A stretch of 64,000 nt of DNA from an uncultured archaeon (GTDB lineage: Archaea > Thermoplasmatota > Penumbrarchaeia > JASLWR01). The notes under the pieces were generated by a model. The model was not told the DNA's origin and ran no database searches. It saw only the letters and a program-made list of their open reading frames with translations. Positions 48,160 to 58,784 of the stretch are shown here, piece after piece (the stretch's first letter is position 1; every line of letters starts with the position of its first letter). The DNA lies in contig CAYSHM010000009.1 of assembly GCA_964430885.1 (NCBI GenBank), positions 1 through 64,000 on the forward strand. The letters are read 5' to 3'. The position numbers and the translations under genes are program-made.

Positions 48160-51100
48160 GTGTATATGCGTAATTTAATGTCATTGTTAGTTGTGAGTCT
48201 ATTTCTGTTCACGTCTTTTATGAATGTGTCGTTCACGTCGGATGTGGGCGGTTATCTGGAAAGCGAATCGGAAGAAATCACCCGTGCCGGCCCTCAGGTC
48301 CATGAGAGTGAACATGGCGGCTGGTGGCTGCAGGATGATGACGAGGATTTTGAGGGCGGTGAGTTCGAGGATGCTGAGATCGGTGATAATGTGGTTCAGG
48401 CGGTCAGGGAAGCATTGCCATTGAGTGATTGGGAATGGGAAGGAGTTAATTTAAATTTGAATCCAGGCCCTAGAAGGGGACATGCAATGGCTTATGATAT
48501 TGAAAATAAAAAAGTAGTATTATTTGGAGGTAAGTATTCAGATTCCCAGGGACAGCATTATTACCCTAATACATGGGTCTTTGATGTGGCAACCAATCAA
48601 TGGAACCAAATAGGGTCTGGACCGGGAGAGCGCGAAGGCCATTCTATGGTATATGATGAATATAATAGGCGAGTACTTCTTTTTGGTGGTGTAAAATGGC
48701 AAAGTCCAAATCCAATATATTATGGTGATACCTGGTTTTATGATACAGAAAATAATACTTGGGATTTAGTATCTGATAGTGGTCTTCCTGCTAGACGTTA
48801 TCATTCAATGGCTTACGATAGGATTAATCAAAAGATAGTAGTATATGGAGGTGATGGGGAGGTTCCTAATTGTGGATTTAAAACTTGCATTTTCATGTGC
48901 AGAGATAAAACATGGTTTCAAGTACCTGAGGATGGACCGGTTTATACTACTACTGGTGATATTGCTTTTGATAATAACTTAAATAAAATAGTATTATATG
49001 GAGCCCATGATGGAACTTGGCTTTTTAACACCAATAACAATATGTGGCAGGAATTTCAAAATATAGGTTCTTTTGGAACCATGGAGCATTATTCATGTAT
49101 TTATGATGAAAAAAGTCAAAAAACTGTGATATATGGGGGTTCTAAGAACAATCAACCAGATTTAAGCTCCGAAACCTGGACATTGAATAGTAGTGGGTGG
49201 ATAAAAGGAATATCTGGTCCTGTTGGCAGAAATCAACACGATATGGTCTATGACAGCCATAATCATAAATCAATATTATTCGGCGGATACGCCCAAGATT
49301 ATCTTTCCGATACCTGGACCCTCACAACCTCCCAAATAGTCCCCGAAGCCACTTATACCTCCCCTTCCATCTCTCTCCCATTAAACCAGCAGTGGGACGA
49401 GCTCAACATCAACGCCACCGAGCCCGACAATACCAAGCTCACCGTCTCCGTAATGAACGCGGACACAGGGCTCTACATACCAGATTACCGCGACATGGAG
49501 CCAAGGGAAGTGGACCTCTCGGGGTTGGATGCGGCCAATATAAAACTCCGCTGTCACCTGGAGAGTAGTGGTGATATATCACCTGAATTGGATTCCTGGA
49601 AGGTCACCTGGAAACCTAAAGTCGTAGAACCCGTTTATCTAGGTGGAATTCCTTCGGCCTTGTATGTCACAGAAGATACACCCCAGGATAACATTCTAAA
49701 CCTTTCAGAGTACTTCGGAGAAGGACGCAGGTCTAATACCAGAAGTACAGGGCTCGATTATTCATTTGCTTCCATATCAAATACCGACAATATCACTTTA
49801 TTGATCGATGAAGATCATATTGACGTGATCTATCTTGAGGACAACTGGACCGGCAAGACCGATGTAGTTGTTGAATGCGAGAATACTGAAGGTACAACTG
49901 TGCAGTCTCCCCGATTCAGCATTATTGTCCAGGGTGTGAACGATCCCCCAGCGTGGCGCTTGCCTCTTCCTCCTATAATCATGGACGAGGGTTTCCAGTT
50001 CAAATCCGCTTTCAAAGTCGATGATTACATTCTTGACGCTGAAGAAGACATGATGGATATAACAGCCAGCTGTGACAATCCCGATGTATCCGTAGTGGTG
50101 GACCCTGAAACTCGTATCATTATAACTCCCAAAGAGGATTTCTACGGTTTGGCAAATGTTACAGTCGCAGTCAAGGAGACCTATGACCCTTCTAATAAAA
50201 TACAACAATCGGTTTCCCTAATAGTCAATTCAGTTAACGATGATCCGGTAATAGAGTTACTCACTCCGGGTGATAACGCAGTGTTCAATGATGTCAATGT
50301 TACCCTAAGCTGGATGGGGTCGGATATTGAAACCCCCATTGATCAGCTGACCTATGATGTATTTTTGGGAAATGATTTAGATCCGGCCATACACTCTAGG
50401 GGAATAAAAAATACTTCGATTCTGCTGAGCAGCCTATCAGATAAAAGTACATACAGATGGAAGGTTGCAGTATGGGATACCCAGGGGAAAATGGTTTCTT
50501 CGCCGGTCAGGACCTTCAGGATAGACACGGATTCTGACCCACTGCCGGGCAGTTCAGGAGAAGGTTTGAAGTTCACTGTGGAAGTAACCGGTGAAGAAGT
50601 ATCGGTAGCTCAGGGTAATACTACCTCATTCAATGTGAAGGTTACCAATGATGATTCAATGGATTTAACCCTGGGAGTTCTGGCGGCTGGCATGACTGCA
50701 CCCTATGTAGATGTGGATAATATTCTGACCCTGGAAAAAGAAAAGAGCAAGGATCTGACTGTTTTGATCAGCCCAGGTTATAGTGTAAAGCCTGGAGACT
50801 ACGATCTGGTGCTTCTATTCATATCACCCGATGGAGTTAAATGCGTCACTATTCCCATCGATATATTGAAGGGTACGGATCCATCTGATACAACTGGTAA
50901 TGACGATGAGGAAGATGATGATTCCGAACCCAAAGATCAGAATACCGAGGAACCTGCAACAAAGACATCTTCATCTGTGAATGATACGCTGTTCTACATG
51001 ATAATAGCAGTTCTTGTACTCGTACTGATACTTCTGGCAATAGGCTTCCTGATCACCTACCGGAAGACCGAGCAGCTGCAGACCGAAATTGATCAGAAAC

Positions 51101-51480
51101 GGGAACAATCTCCAGAAACACAAAAGGAATCGCCCCCTGAGGTGGTAGAAACCGAGATGTACTATCCTGAGAACAATAAGGCATTTACCCCTCAGCCCCG
51201 AATGGATCAATCCGGAGCTGACTATAATATGCCGGGATCCTTTCCTCCAGGTGACTACCCGCCTGTAAACCAGCATATTGATGTTCAGCTCCCAGGTCTT
51301 CCTCCTGAAAGGGAATCACTTCCTGAAATGACTCAAGCATCGTCTAAGGAAGTCGTTCAGACTCAGCCTCCGACGCCAGCCGGTCCCGAGGTTCAGCTGC
51401 CTCAATCGGTCCAAACCCCAATTCCTTCGGAGGATATGAAGATGCTTCCCCAGAAGGTAACTCCGCCGCCGCCACCCTGA
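48160..51480 (+). CDS. Surface protein: Kelch-type propeller, cadherin/FN3/Ig-like domains, TM, Pro-rich tail
   Basis: Repeats P..R.GH.M.YD......LFGG......TW; VNDPP/VNDDP linkers; TM; Pro-rich C-terminus. Confidence 0.85.
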   Translation: MYMRNLMSLLVVSLFLFTSFMNVSFTSDVGGYLESESEEITRAGPQVHESEHGGWWLQDDDEDFEGGEFEDAEIGDNVVQAVREALPLSDWEWEGVNLNLNPGPRRGHAMAYDIENKKVVLFGGKYSDSQGQHYYPNTWVFDVATNQWNQIGSGPGEREGHSMVYDEYNRRVLLFGGVKWQSPNPIYYGDTWFYDTENNTWDLVSDSGLPARRYHSMAYDRINQKIVVYGGDGEVPNCGFKTCIFMCRDKTWFQVPEDGPVYTTTGDIAFDNNLNKIVLYGAHDGTWLFNTNNNMWQEFQNIGSFGTMEHYSCIYDEKSQKTVIYGGSKNNQPDLSSETWTLNSSGWIKGISGPVGRNQHDMVYDSHNHKSILFGGYAQDYLSDTWTLTTSQIVPEATYTSPSISLPLNQQWDELNINATEPDNTKLTVSVMNADTGLYIPDYRDMEPREVDLSGLDAANIKLRCHLESSGDISPELDSWKVTWKPKVVEPVYLGGIPSALYVTEDTPQDNILNLSEYFGEGRRSNTRSTGLDYSFASISNTDNITLLIDEDHIDVIYLEDNWTGKTDVVVECENTEGTTVQSPRFSIIVQGVNDPPAWRLPLPPIIMDEGFQFKSAFKVDDYILDAEEDMMDITASCDNPDVSVVVDPETRIIITPKEDFYGLANVTVAVKETYDPSNKIQQSVSLIVNSVNDDPVIELLTPGDNAVFNDVNVTLSWMGSDIETPIDQLTYDVFLGNDLDPAIHSRGIKNTSILLSSLSDKSTYRWKVAVWDTQGKMVSSPVRTFRIDTDSDPLPGSSGEGLKFTVEVTGEEVSVAQGNTTSFNVKVTNDDSMDLTLGVLAAGMTAPYVDVDNILTLEKEKSKDLTVLISPGYSVKPGDYDLVLLFISPDGVKCVTIPIDILKGTDPSDTTGNDDEEDDDSEPKDQNTEEPATKTSSSVNDTLFYMIIAVLVLVLILLAIGFLITYRKTEQLQTEIDQKREQSPETQKESPPEVVETEMYYPENNKAFTPQPRMDQSGADYNMPGSFPPGDYPPVNQHIDVQLPGLPPERESLPEMTQASSKEVVQTQPPTPAGPEVQLPQSVQTPIPSEDMKMLPQKVTPPPPP

Positions 51481-51550
51481 TGTAGTATATACTGCATTAT
51501 TTAATAGCAAACAGTAATAAATAATCAAATCCCGTATCCTAGTCGATACA

Positions 51551-53083
51551 ATGACCAACAAATACGATATTGCGGTGATCGGCGGAGGCATGGGCGGACT
51601 TACAGCTGCTGCATTCCTGGCCAAGCACGGGAAGAAGGTTGTAGTTCTGGAAAAGCACAGGGTCCCCGGCGGATACTGTACCGATTACCGGCGGGGGCGG
51701 TACAAGATAGACAGTGCGGTCCATTACCTGGGTGACCCGAAGGAATTCTCCTGGATTCTGAGATCCCTGGGGGTTGAAAAAAAGGTAAAAATGGCCCCAA
51801 TGGACCCGGACGGTTTCGATGTTTATAAATTTCCCGATTTAGAGTTCAGGGTTCCCGCTTCCATAGACGGTTTCTGCGATAGATTAATGGAGTATTTTCC
51901 CAAAGAAAAAAAGGCCATAAAGAAGCACAGGAAGATACTTAAGAAGTTCAAGTCAATGTCCTCTGACATGCAGAAGAACCGAACCGCATTTTTCCTGAAA
52001 TTCCCATTCAAGTACACTGCATTGCTACCATATCTGAAAAAGAGTCTTGGTCATTATCTTGATAAGTTGACTTCGGATAAAAAATTTAAAGCAGTCCTGT
52101 CGGCCCAATGGGGTATTCACGGGACGCCGTCTCACGATCTGCCTTTATTCATGGCAATAGGGGGTTTTGTTCACTATATGGACGGTGCATGGTATCCCAG
52201 CGGGGGGACGGGTACCCTCAGCAGGGCCATAACCGAGGGTCTGAAGAAGCATAAGGGTGAGCTGAAGCTGAAATGGGAAGTTGAAAAGATCACCGGCTCG
52301 CCGGGGAAAGGATATGTTGTCAAGGGATGCACCGGAGAGAAAATAGGTGCTGATAAGATCATCATGGCAATGGATCTGTGGAAGGGTGCTGATGATGTGC
52401 TGGAACATGGTATTTTGAAGAAAAAGACCATTGACAGGATCTCACGAGTCCTGCCTTCCGACCCCATGATACATCTGCATGTTGGCTTGAAAGAAATCCC
52501 TGAAGAATGGAAGTGGAAGAGCTGCAATATCTGGCTCCACAGGGAATACGATTTCAGAAAGCTCTACCGGAACATGGAGAATAGTATGATTCCCAAGAAT
52601 TTCAGCGCCTTCTGTTCCCTGGGCTATATGAAGGATCCTGATTCTTCCAAGGACGGGAAATACGGTCCTGTACTCAGTATACTGACACCCTCCCATAGAA
52701 AACATTTCAGGAAGTTCATGAATATGGACCTGAGGACCAACGGCAAGAGAACCAAGGAATATCTGAAAGTGAAGGAAAAATGCCGGGATATATTAATGGA
52801 GGGAGCGGAGGAACTTTTCCCAGGTATTCAAAGTGCCGCGGATTATATTGAGATTGCTACACCATTTACACAGTACCGATATACATATTCCAATATGGGC
52901 GGGAGTTACGCTTACGCCCGGAACATGGCCAATTGGTATCTCGGAAGGCCACCTTGGTACAACCCGGCCAAAAATCTCTGGTGGACCGGTGCCAATGGTG
53001 GTTTCCACGGGGTGATAGGTTCAATGCGCACAGGAATGGATACTGCAGGTATGATACTTGGGAAGAATGTAAGAAAGTTGTAG
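51551..53083 (+). CDS. FAD-dependent oxidoreductase, phytoene desaturase/CrtI-like family
   Basis: YD.AVIGGGMGGL..A..LA......LEKH..PGG, YP.GG, ATP.T..RY, G...G. Confidence 0.85.
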   Translation: MTNKYDIAVIGGGMGGLTAAAFLAKHGKKVVVLEKHRVPGGYCTDYRRGRYKIDSAVHYLGDPKEFSWILRSLGVEKKVKMAPMDPDGFDVYKFPDLEFRVPASIDGFCDRLMEYFPKEKKAIKKHRKILKKFKSMSSDMQKNRTAFFLKFPFKYTALLPYLKKSLGHYLDKLTSDKKFKAVLSAQWGIHGTPSHDLPLFMAIGGFVHYMDGAWYPSGGTGTLSRAITEGLKKHKGELKLKWEVEKITGSPGKGYVVKGCTGEKIGADKIIMAMDLWKGADDVLEHGILKKKTIDRISRVLPSDPMIHLHVGLKEIPEEWKWKSCNIWLHREYDFRKLYRNMENSMIPKNFSAFCSLGYMKDPDSSKDGKYGPVLSILTPSHRKHFRKFMNMDLRTNGKRTKEYLKVKEKCRDILMEGAEELFPGIQSAADYIEIATPFTQYRYTYSNMGGSYAYARNMANWYLGRPPWYNPAKNLWWTGANGGFHGVIGSMRTGMDTAGMILGKNVRKL

Positions 53084-53214
53084 GTGTATCTTGTTTGACC
53101 ATTTTCAGCCATCATCAATTAATACACTTCACACAATTATTATTCAAGAATACATAAATATTAGAATTTATTCCAAATGATAGTATTTTTCATCCTAAAA
53201 AATCATATGGTGAT

Positions 53215-54039
53215 TTGATGCAGGTGATGGGTCTTGTAACACTGATAATCTTCTTGATATTGGTCGCTTTGGTTTATATAATCCGGGGGTTTGCCAGGTC
53301 CTATGGATTTAAGAAGGAGCACCTCCCGACAATGAATACTCAGAAATGCTATGTTCATAATAACTCACCATCGGTTGATAGCTGTGCCTGGTGTGGAAAT
53401 TACTACTGTTCAGACTGCTCCACCATGATAAATGAAAAATGGAACACCTCCCGATCTTCCACCAGCGGGAAAGTTAGAACAACCACTACAACCACCTATA
53501 CTCAGGGAAAAGTAATTTGCAGTCTTTGCGATCTATGGTTCAAGGAACCAAAGAAGAAGTTAGGTCCTAATGGGCATTCTGTATCTGGAGGGAAGCCGCC
53601 TGGTGACCAGCGGGCAGTTTTGAATAAAGCCAATCTTTCCGAAGAGGGAGAAAAGAACTTATTTGAGTTAAGGGATATCTCACTCCATTACTGGTGGTTC
53701 AATGATCCCCGTGGCATGAGAATTCCCAAGAATTTCACGGTTGTGGCTATTGTAATTACTGTCATTCTAGGAGCAATTAATTATTTTGAGGGTGGATTTG
53801 ACCAGTTAACTCTTGTTTATCAGGATCCCCGTCTTATGTGGCCTACACTTATTTTCCAGGCAGCCCTTGTATTGTGGACAGGGTTAGTTTTCATCCATTA
53901 TATGAAAAAGATATCTTTAATGAGAAAAAGGTGGAATGCTGTAAGGATTTTTATGGGCCAGGACCAGATTGAGTTTAAGCCCATGTTCCTTTTCAATGAG
54001 CCAAATCCCAATGAGACGGTGGATAAGAAGGTAGATTAA
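53215..54039 (+). CDS. Membrane protein with B-box-like zinc finger
   Basis: TM, CYVH-x7-CAWC-x4-CSDC...CSLC, two C-terminal TMs. Confidence 0.65.
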   Translation: MMQVMGLVTLIIFLILVALVYIIRGFARSYGFKKEHLPTMNTQKCYVHNNSPSVDSCAWCGNYYCSDCSTMINEKWNTSRSSTSGKVRTTTTTTYTQGKVICSLCDLWFKEPKKKLGPNGHSVSGGKPPGDQRAVLNKANLSEEGEKNLFELRDISLHYWWFNDPRGMRIPKNFTVVAIVITVILGAINYFEGGFDQLTLVYQDPRLMWPTLIFQAALVLWTGLVFIHYMKKISLMRKRWNAVRIFMGQDQIEFKPMFLFNEPNPNETVDKKVD

Positions 54040-54206
54040 TAAAAGGAAAAAATGATGAGTTGGAATCCTCAACCAGAGTATATTTAAGTTGAGGAAGATT
54101 CAGATTATGCCAATAACTTATTACCATCAAAAAGGCTCTGGAAGGAGCACTAGGTTTACCATTACTAGGAGCAGAAAGTAAGAATGAAGAAGATCTAAAT
54201 TCAGAC

Positions 54207-57200
54207 CTACTTCATTCTCCTTATAAACTCCTCTGTGCTAAGGTTTCCTTCAAGATACTTCTTTCTTAGGTCGTTGATGTCACCTACAATATCTGAAGAC
54301 ATCTCCGTATCAAGGGACTGCAGAGTATATCCGACCCCGTAAACCGTCAGTTCCTTGTTGGTTTTGCTGTAGAGATGTTTCTTGGCCTTGGACTTGAACA
54401 CCAGAACCAGTATGAACAAGATTACACATAGAACGGCAAAGACGATCAGGATCGTCATCTTATCCTCTTCGAGTATGTCCGACACCGATGTGATCTCCAC
54501 TTTCTCAGACCCTGCCTTGATTGTTTCCTGACTGGACCACATATCCTTTGTAGCAAAGGTATAATTGTAGTCACCGGATTTCAGGTCTTTGACCACGACC
54601 TCATAATATCTTCCGTCATAGAGGCTGGGAAGGACAAAATCGATATTGTCACCGTAATATTCTTCATTTGTCTTCTCAAGGGCGGTCATCTCGAATTCCT
54701 TTCCGCCGATCCTGAGCTTCACATATTCAGGTTCGTCCTTGTCACCGTCTGCAACATAAATCCTGAACACGTCTCCGCGATTGGGATTGTATTCATACTC
54801 GGGATATACCTTGTCATTGTAAGCGTCGGGATTGGTATCAGCTTTCACACCCTCCTTGGTCCTTTCCTTGAAGTAGGCGGGATTGTTCTGAGATACGTAT
54901 AATGTGTTACCATCCTTGAACCTACCTGTAGCGAGTTCCAGCTGAATACTGTTGTAGTTGGATTTCCAGGAGTCATCGCATCTCAGGTCCTGGCCTTTTC
55001 CTATACATAATGTATACCAATCGAAGGGCAGATCGCTGAACATGAAATATCCTGAATCGTCAGTTGTTGTGGATTCACGGAAAATTGGTTCACTTCTGCT
55101 CACAATTACCAAATTGGGAACACCTAGATAAAGATCCACAACGAGATTATTTAGAGAACTAGTGCCACTCACAGTTCCGGATATCCTTCCTTTGGTGGGT
55201 TCCTCGCCCACTATAATGTCAAATTGCTTTGTTACGGTTGTATATCCAGAATATGTTGCTGTGAATACTATAATTGTGATCTGGTCATTGGTGGGCTGGA
55301 CGGTTATCTCGACTCTTCCATTTCCATCAGTAGCGTAGCTTCCGTAGGTGCCGGTAGACACAGTTATGGTAACGCCGGAAAGTTTCTCGGATGTCTCGTT
55401 GTCCGTCACGGTCACTATCACTCTGTTCTCCTGATGCATATATATCTCATCACCACCGTCAATCTCCATCTCCAGGATTCCAGGGTACATATCTATTGTC
55501 ATGAAAGTGTAGGCCTTGTTGATGTTGAAGGTCTTTATGACCCCCTTGTAGTCGCCGTGGGTTACCGTCAGGGTATAGGAGCCGTAATTAAGCTGCTGTT
55601 CAAGCAGATACCATCCATTCCCTGAATCGTAATATATATAATAATTGGTATTCTGTTCAAGGTTGTATTTCAACTGGACCGTTGCGTCGGAAACACTGTT
55701 GTTAGTTCCGCCTTCTATGAGCAATAGTTTGAATCCAGGTTTAGTCATGCTGACGTTTATAATCAGATCTGCATCACTTACGGTTACTCGCACCTCGTAA
55801 GGCAAGTAGGTTCCGTAGGGATTGCCAACTTCCCAGTTGATGTGGGTTATGTTCAATATGTAGTCACCGTTCTCAATGTTATAGAATCTCCAATAATAAC
55901 CATAAGCTCCAGTGTAGAACTCATAATAGTTATCATACAGCTGGGTTGCACTATCCACAAGGGCGTTTGAAAGAGCGGTTGTGTCCTCGGGATCTATTGA
56001 CAGTTTGTTCAGTGAGTAAAGTTTTACATAGAACTGACCGCTGGATGTGAATGGATTGCCGGTAGCATTGTCATACATCAGGACTATGAACCTTTTATTT
56101 GTCAAGGTAAGGTTCTTCCAGACCCACTGGTCGGCATATATCCTCACACCAATTGACATTGTAGCATAATCCTGGTGAGTAATGATAAGAGTATAATTAC
56201 CAATGAGGATAGGGCTGAGTCCATATGTGTAATAACCGTTCCAATTCCCTAGAGTAATTGATTGGTTATCCATGTTCTGTCTTATCAGCGTAAGTGTGGC
56301 GCTTTCGGTTATGGTGTTATTGTCCTCGTCCTTAAGTGCAACTAGAATTCCTCCGGTTTTTCTATTAATATAACCGTGAACCTGGCTTGCCTGACTTTCC
56401 TGAATTATCGCCTGGGTTGAGAATGGAATATAATCCTCAAGGGAGAATCGAACAGTATACATTCCGGTTGGAATATTTGCAAATTCATAATATCCATCGT
56501 TATTGGATCTTGTACTGAGGCCAGTCCCTACTATGTCAACATTAGCATTTCTTACTATATGGGATTGGTCATCGTATACATATCCGTTCAGTGATCCGTA
56601 GGTGGGTGTCAACATTATATCCAGATCCTTATTCTGCCCCTCTTCCATTGTGATCATGGTCGAGAAGGGCGCATATCCGTTGTGATTCACCTGGATCCAG
56701 ATAGTTTGTTTTGGCATTCCGCTGGTCATATAGTCTCCGGAATCATCCGATAGGAAAGCTCCCCACTGCTCAGTCTGTCCCTCGTTCCAAATCTGTATCG
56801 GGACATTGGAAATCGGGTTGCTTGTGAAGTTATTCAGAACAGTACCGCCTATTGTACCAGCCACCAGAAAAGTAGTGGTATCCTGGGGGAGGAATTCTAT
56901 CCTCAGGTAATAGGGATGGGCCATATCGTAACCCAATCCGCTTTCGACCATAATGATATATTCACCGGGGATACCTCCAGGTATGGTGAACATCTCTTGC
57001 CCTGTTGAACCATAGTTGTATTTATCTCCGCACTTGTAATAGGTGCTGTCAGGACCGTAGACCTCATAATGGTAGTATATGCCTTGGACGAAATTTGGTG
57101 TTGTTACATATATGTCAAGCGTTCCAACATAGCTGTCATCGAAGGAGAATGTATAGTAGTCCCTATCGCCCTGATGTTCAATTGTTCCATACATCTCACC

Positions 57201-58784
57201 AAGGTGATATGCCCTGCCGTCACCCGGCTCCAGCATGGTGATGTTCTCGGAAAGGTCTGGCTCGTTATTGTCTCCAATTCCTGCATGCTCCTCTTCAGTG
57301 GGCAGATTGTTTCCCGGAGTAAAACTGAAATGAAGTCTGTATGCTTCCGCTCTTATCACCGGATTTCCCACTCCAACTCCCATCACCCGTATGTAATATA
57401 GGGCAGGTCTTACCGCTAGAAGAGTTTCGGTATATTCACCGGCGGTTCCCTGATTGGATACGTTGAGGAAATCACTGGCAGGTCTGTCTGTTCGGAATAT
57501 GGTATACCAGTAAGTAGGATTTACCGCAAGTGTATTTGGAGTGTCAAAGAAGAATTCAAGTTCACCTAGAACCGCACCGGGAAGACTGATATTGTACCAG
57601 TCCTGGTCAGTTTCGCTGTCCAAAGTACCCTTTGCAGTTCCATTATATACCCCGCCGCCGACATTTGATAATTGAACGGTAGTAGCGCTGTCCATAAGAT
57701 CATTCTGCTCAACTGGTTCCTCAAGTTCCGATTCAAGCTGAACGTTTGGATCGGCATACATTTCCGGTGTGAAATTGAGATAGATCCTGTAAGGTTCGAA
57801 AGCAGAGTAGCTGGTTAAGGTCTCATCGAAAACCTCCATTAGGTAATTACCTGGGGGAAGCATGCTACCGCTGATAAGTGTGGCTCCTGCAGCACCGCTG
57901 TCCTCTCCGGACAGCATTATGTCCTCGGCATTTGTCCCGGAGGGCTGAGGTCCGTATAATTTTAAATCATATGTATGACCATTATGAGTTCCCGTTATGT
58001 CCTTGTAGAATGTTTCGAACTGTATATTCACCCGTCCACCAGTAGGTGCTGATAGGTTGATGAGGTACCAGTCGTGATCTGTATCTGAACGAACGGTTCC
58101 AAAGAACTCCACCTCTTTAAGCTCAGTTCCAGTAAGGTTCATCGGAGTAGCGTCAATGGCTTCGTCATTGGGTTGGTTCTTGTCTAGTATTTCAGATTCC
58201 ACCAGCATGTCTCCGTCGGCTGTAAAAGTGAAATTGAATTGGTAATCGTCAGGAGTCACTACGGTAGTGCCCTGGGTCACCTTCACCCGAACATAGTAGA
58301 ATCCAGGTCCTGCTGCCCAGCAAGTTTTCATGGTTGCGAGATTGTTGTTCTGCCCCTGGTCGCTACCGTATACATACTGTTTGGATGCGGTATCGTCATT
58401 TGCTTCATAGACCGTGAATTCATAGTCTGGATTAACCGAGACGTTGAATGGTGCTGTAAGACTCACGTTGATGATGCCTGGATCACTGCCTCCTACAGTT
58501 ATCTTGAACCAGTCCACATCCGCTTCTGCAGATAGGCTTCCGTTCACCAGTAAGGGATCCCCGGGAGTTCCAGCATTGAATTCATCAGCAGTTCCACTGA
58601 GGTCGTTCCCTTCACTTTCCACCTCCTGCCCTCTTACGCCAAGTCTTTTAACTGTATCTGTAAGTTTCAACTTCTTCATTTCACTGCTGCTGCTAGTCAG
58701 GTTGATCACTGCAGAGAATCCCGAAAAAAGCATCAAGAATATAACTGCTACTGAAAATAACCTTATTGTGTTGTTTCCCTTCAT
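54207..58784 (-). CDS. Large surface protein: 4 PPC-like repeats, carboxypeptidase-regulatory/PEGA-like sandwiches, TM anchor
   Basis: Four units E.E..N...A.....G....D.DW/YY; signal peptide; C-terminal TM with short tail. Confidence 0.82.
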   Translation of the reverse strand: MKGNNTIRLFSVAVIFLMLFSGFSAVINLTSSSSEMKKLKLTDTVKRLGVRGQEVESEGNDLSGTADEFNAGTPGDPLLVNGSLSAEADVDWFKITVGGSDPGIINVSLTAPFNVSVNPDYEFTVYEANDDTASKQYVYGSDQGQNNNLATMKTCWAAGPGFYYVRVKVTQGTTVVTPDDYQFNFTFTADGDMLVESEILDKNQPNDEAIDATPMNLTGTELKEVEFFGTVRSDTDHDWYLINLSAPTGGRVNIQFETFYKDITGTHNGHTYDLKLYGPQPSGTNAEDIMLSGEDSGAAGATLISGSMLPPGNYLMEVFDETLTSYSAFEPYRIYLNFTPEMYADPNVQLESELEEPVEQNDLMDSATTVQLSNVGGGVYNGTAKGTLDSETDQDWYNISLPGAVLGELEFFFDTPNTLAVNPTYWYTIFRTDRPASDFLNVSNQGTAGEYTETLLAVRPALYYIRVMGVGVGNPVIRAEAYRLHFSFTPGNNLPTEEEHAGIGDNNEPDLSENITMLEPGDGRAYHLGEMYGTIEHQGDRDYYTFSFDDSYVGTLDIYVTTPNFVQGIYYHYEVYGPDSTYYKCGDKYNYGSTGQEMFTIPGGIPGEYIIMVESGLGYDMAHPYYLRIEFLPQDTTTFLVAGTIGGTVLNNFTSNPISNVPIQIWNEGQTEQWGAFLSDDSGDYMTSGMPKQTIWIQVNHNGYAPFSTMITMEEGQNKDLDIMLTPTYGSLNGYVYDDQSHIVRNANVDIVGTGLSTRSNNDGYYEFANIPTGMYTVRFSLEDYIPFSTQAIIQESQASQVHGYINRKTGGILVALKDEDNNTITESATLTLIRQNMDNQSITLGNWNGYYTYGLSPILIGNYTLIITHQDYATMSIGVRIYADQWVWKNLTLTNKRFIVLMYDNATGNPFTSSGQFYVKLYSLNKLSIDPEDTTALSNALVDSATQLYDNYYEFYTGAYGYYWRFYNIENGDYILNITHINWEVGNPYGTYLPYEVRVTVSDADLIINVSMTKPGFKLLLIEGGTNNSVSDATVQLKYNLEQNTNYYIYYDSGNGWYLLEQQLNYGSYTLTVTHGDYKGVIKTFNINKAYTFMTIDMYPGILEMEIDGGDEIYMHQENRVIVTVTDNETSEKLSGVTITVSTGTYGSYATDGNGRVEITVQPTNDQITIIVFTATYSGYTTVTKQFDIIVGEEPTKGRISGTVSGTSSLNNLVVDLYLGVPNLVIVSRSEPIFRESTTTDDSGYFMFSDLPFDWYTLCIGKGQDLRCDDSWKSNYNSIQLELATGRFKDGNTLYVSQNNPAYFKERTKEGVKADTNPDAYNDKVYPEYEYNPNRGDVFRIYVADGDKDEPEYVKLRIGGKEFEMTALEKTNEEYYGDNIDFVLPSLYDGRYYEVVVKDLKSGDYNYTFATKDMWSSQETIKAGSEKVEITSVSDILEEDKMTILIVFAVLCVILFILVLVFKSKAKKHLYSKTNKELTVYGVGYTLQSLDTEMSSDIVGDINDLRKKYLEGNLSTEEFIRRMK

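Noticed and set aside
54050-54110. ATGATGA followed by a TCCTCAAC/GTTGAGGA hairpin as a second C/D sRNA
   Set aside because: No properly spaced CTGA boxes; more likely a hairpin between convergent genes.
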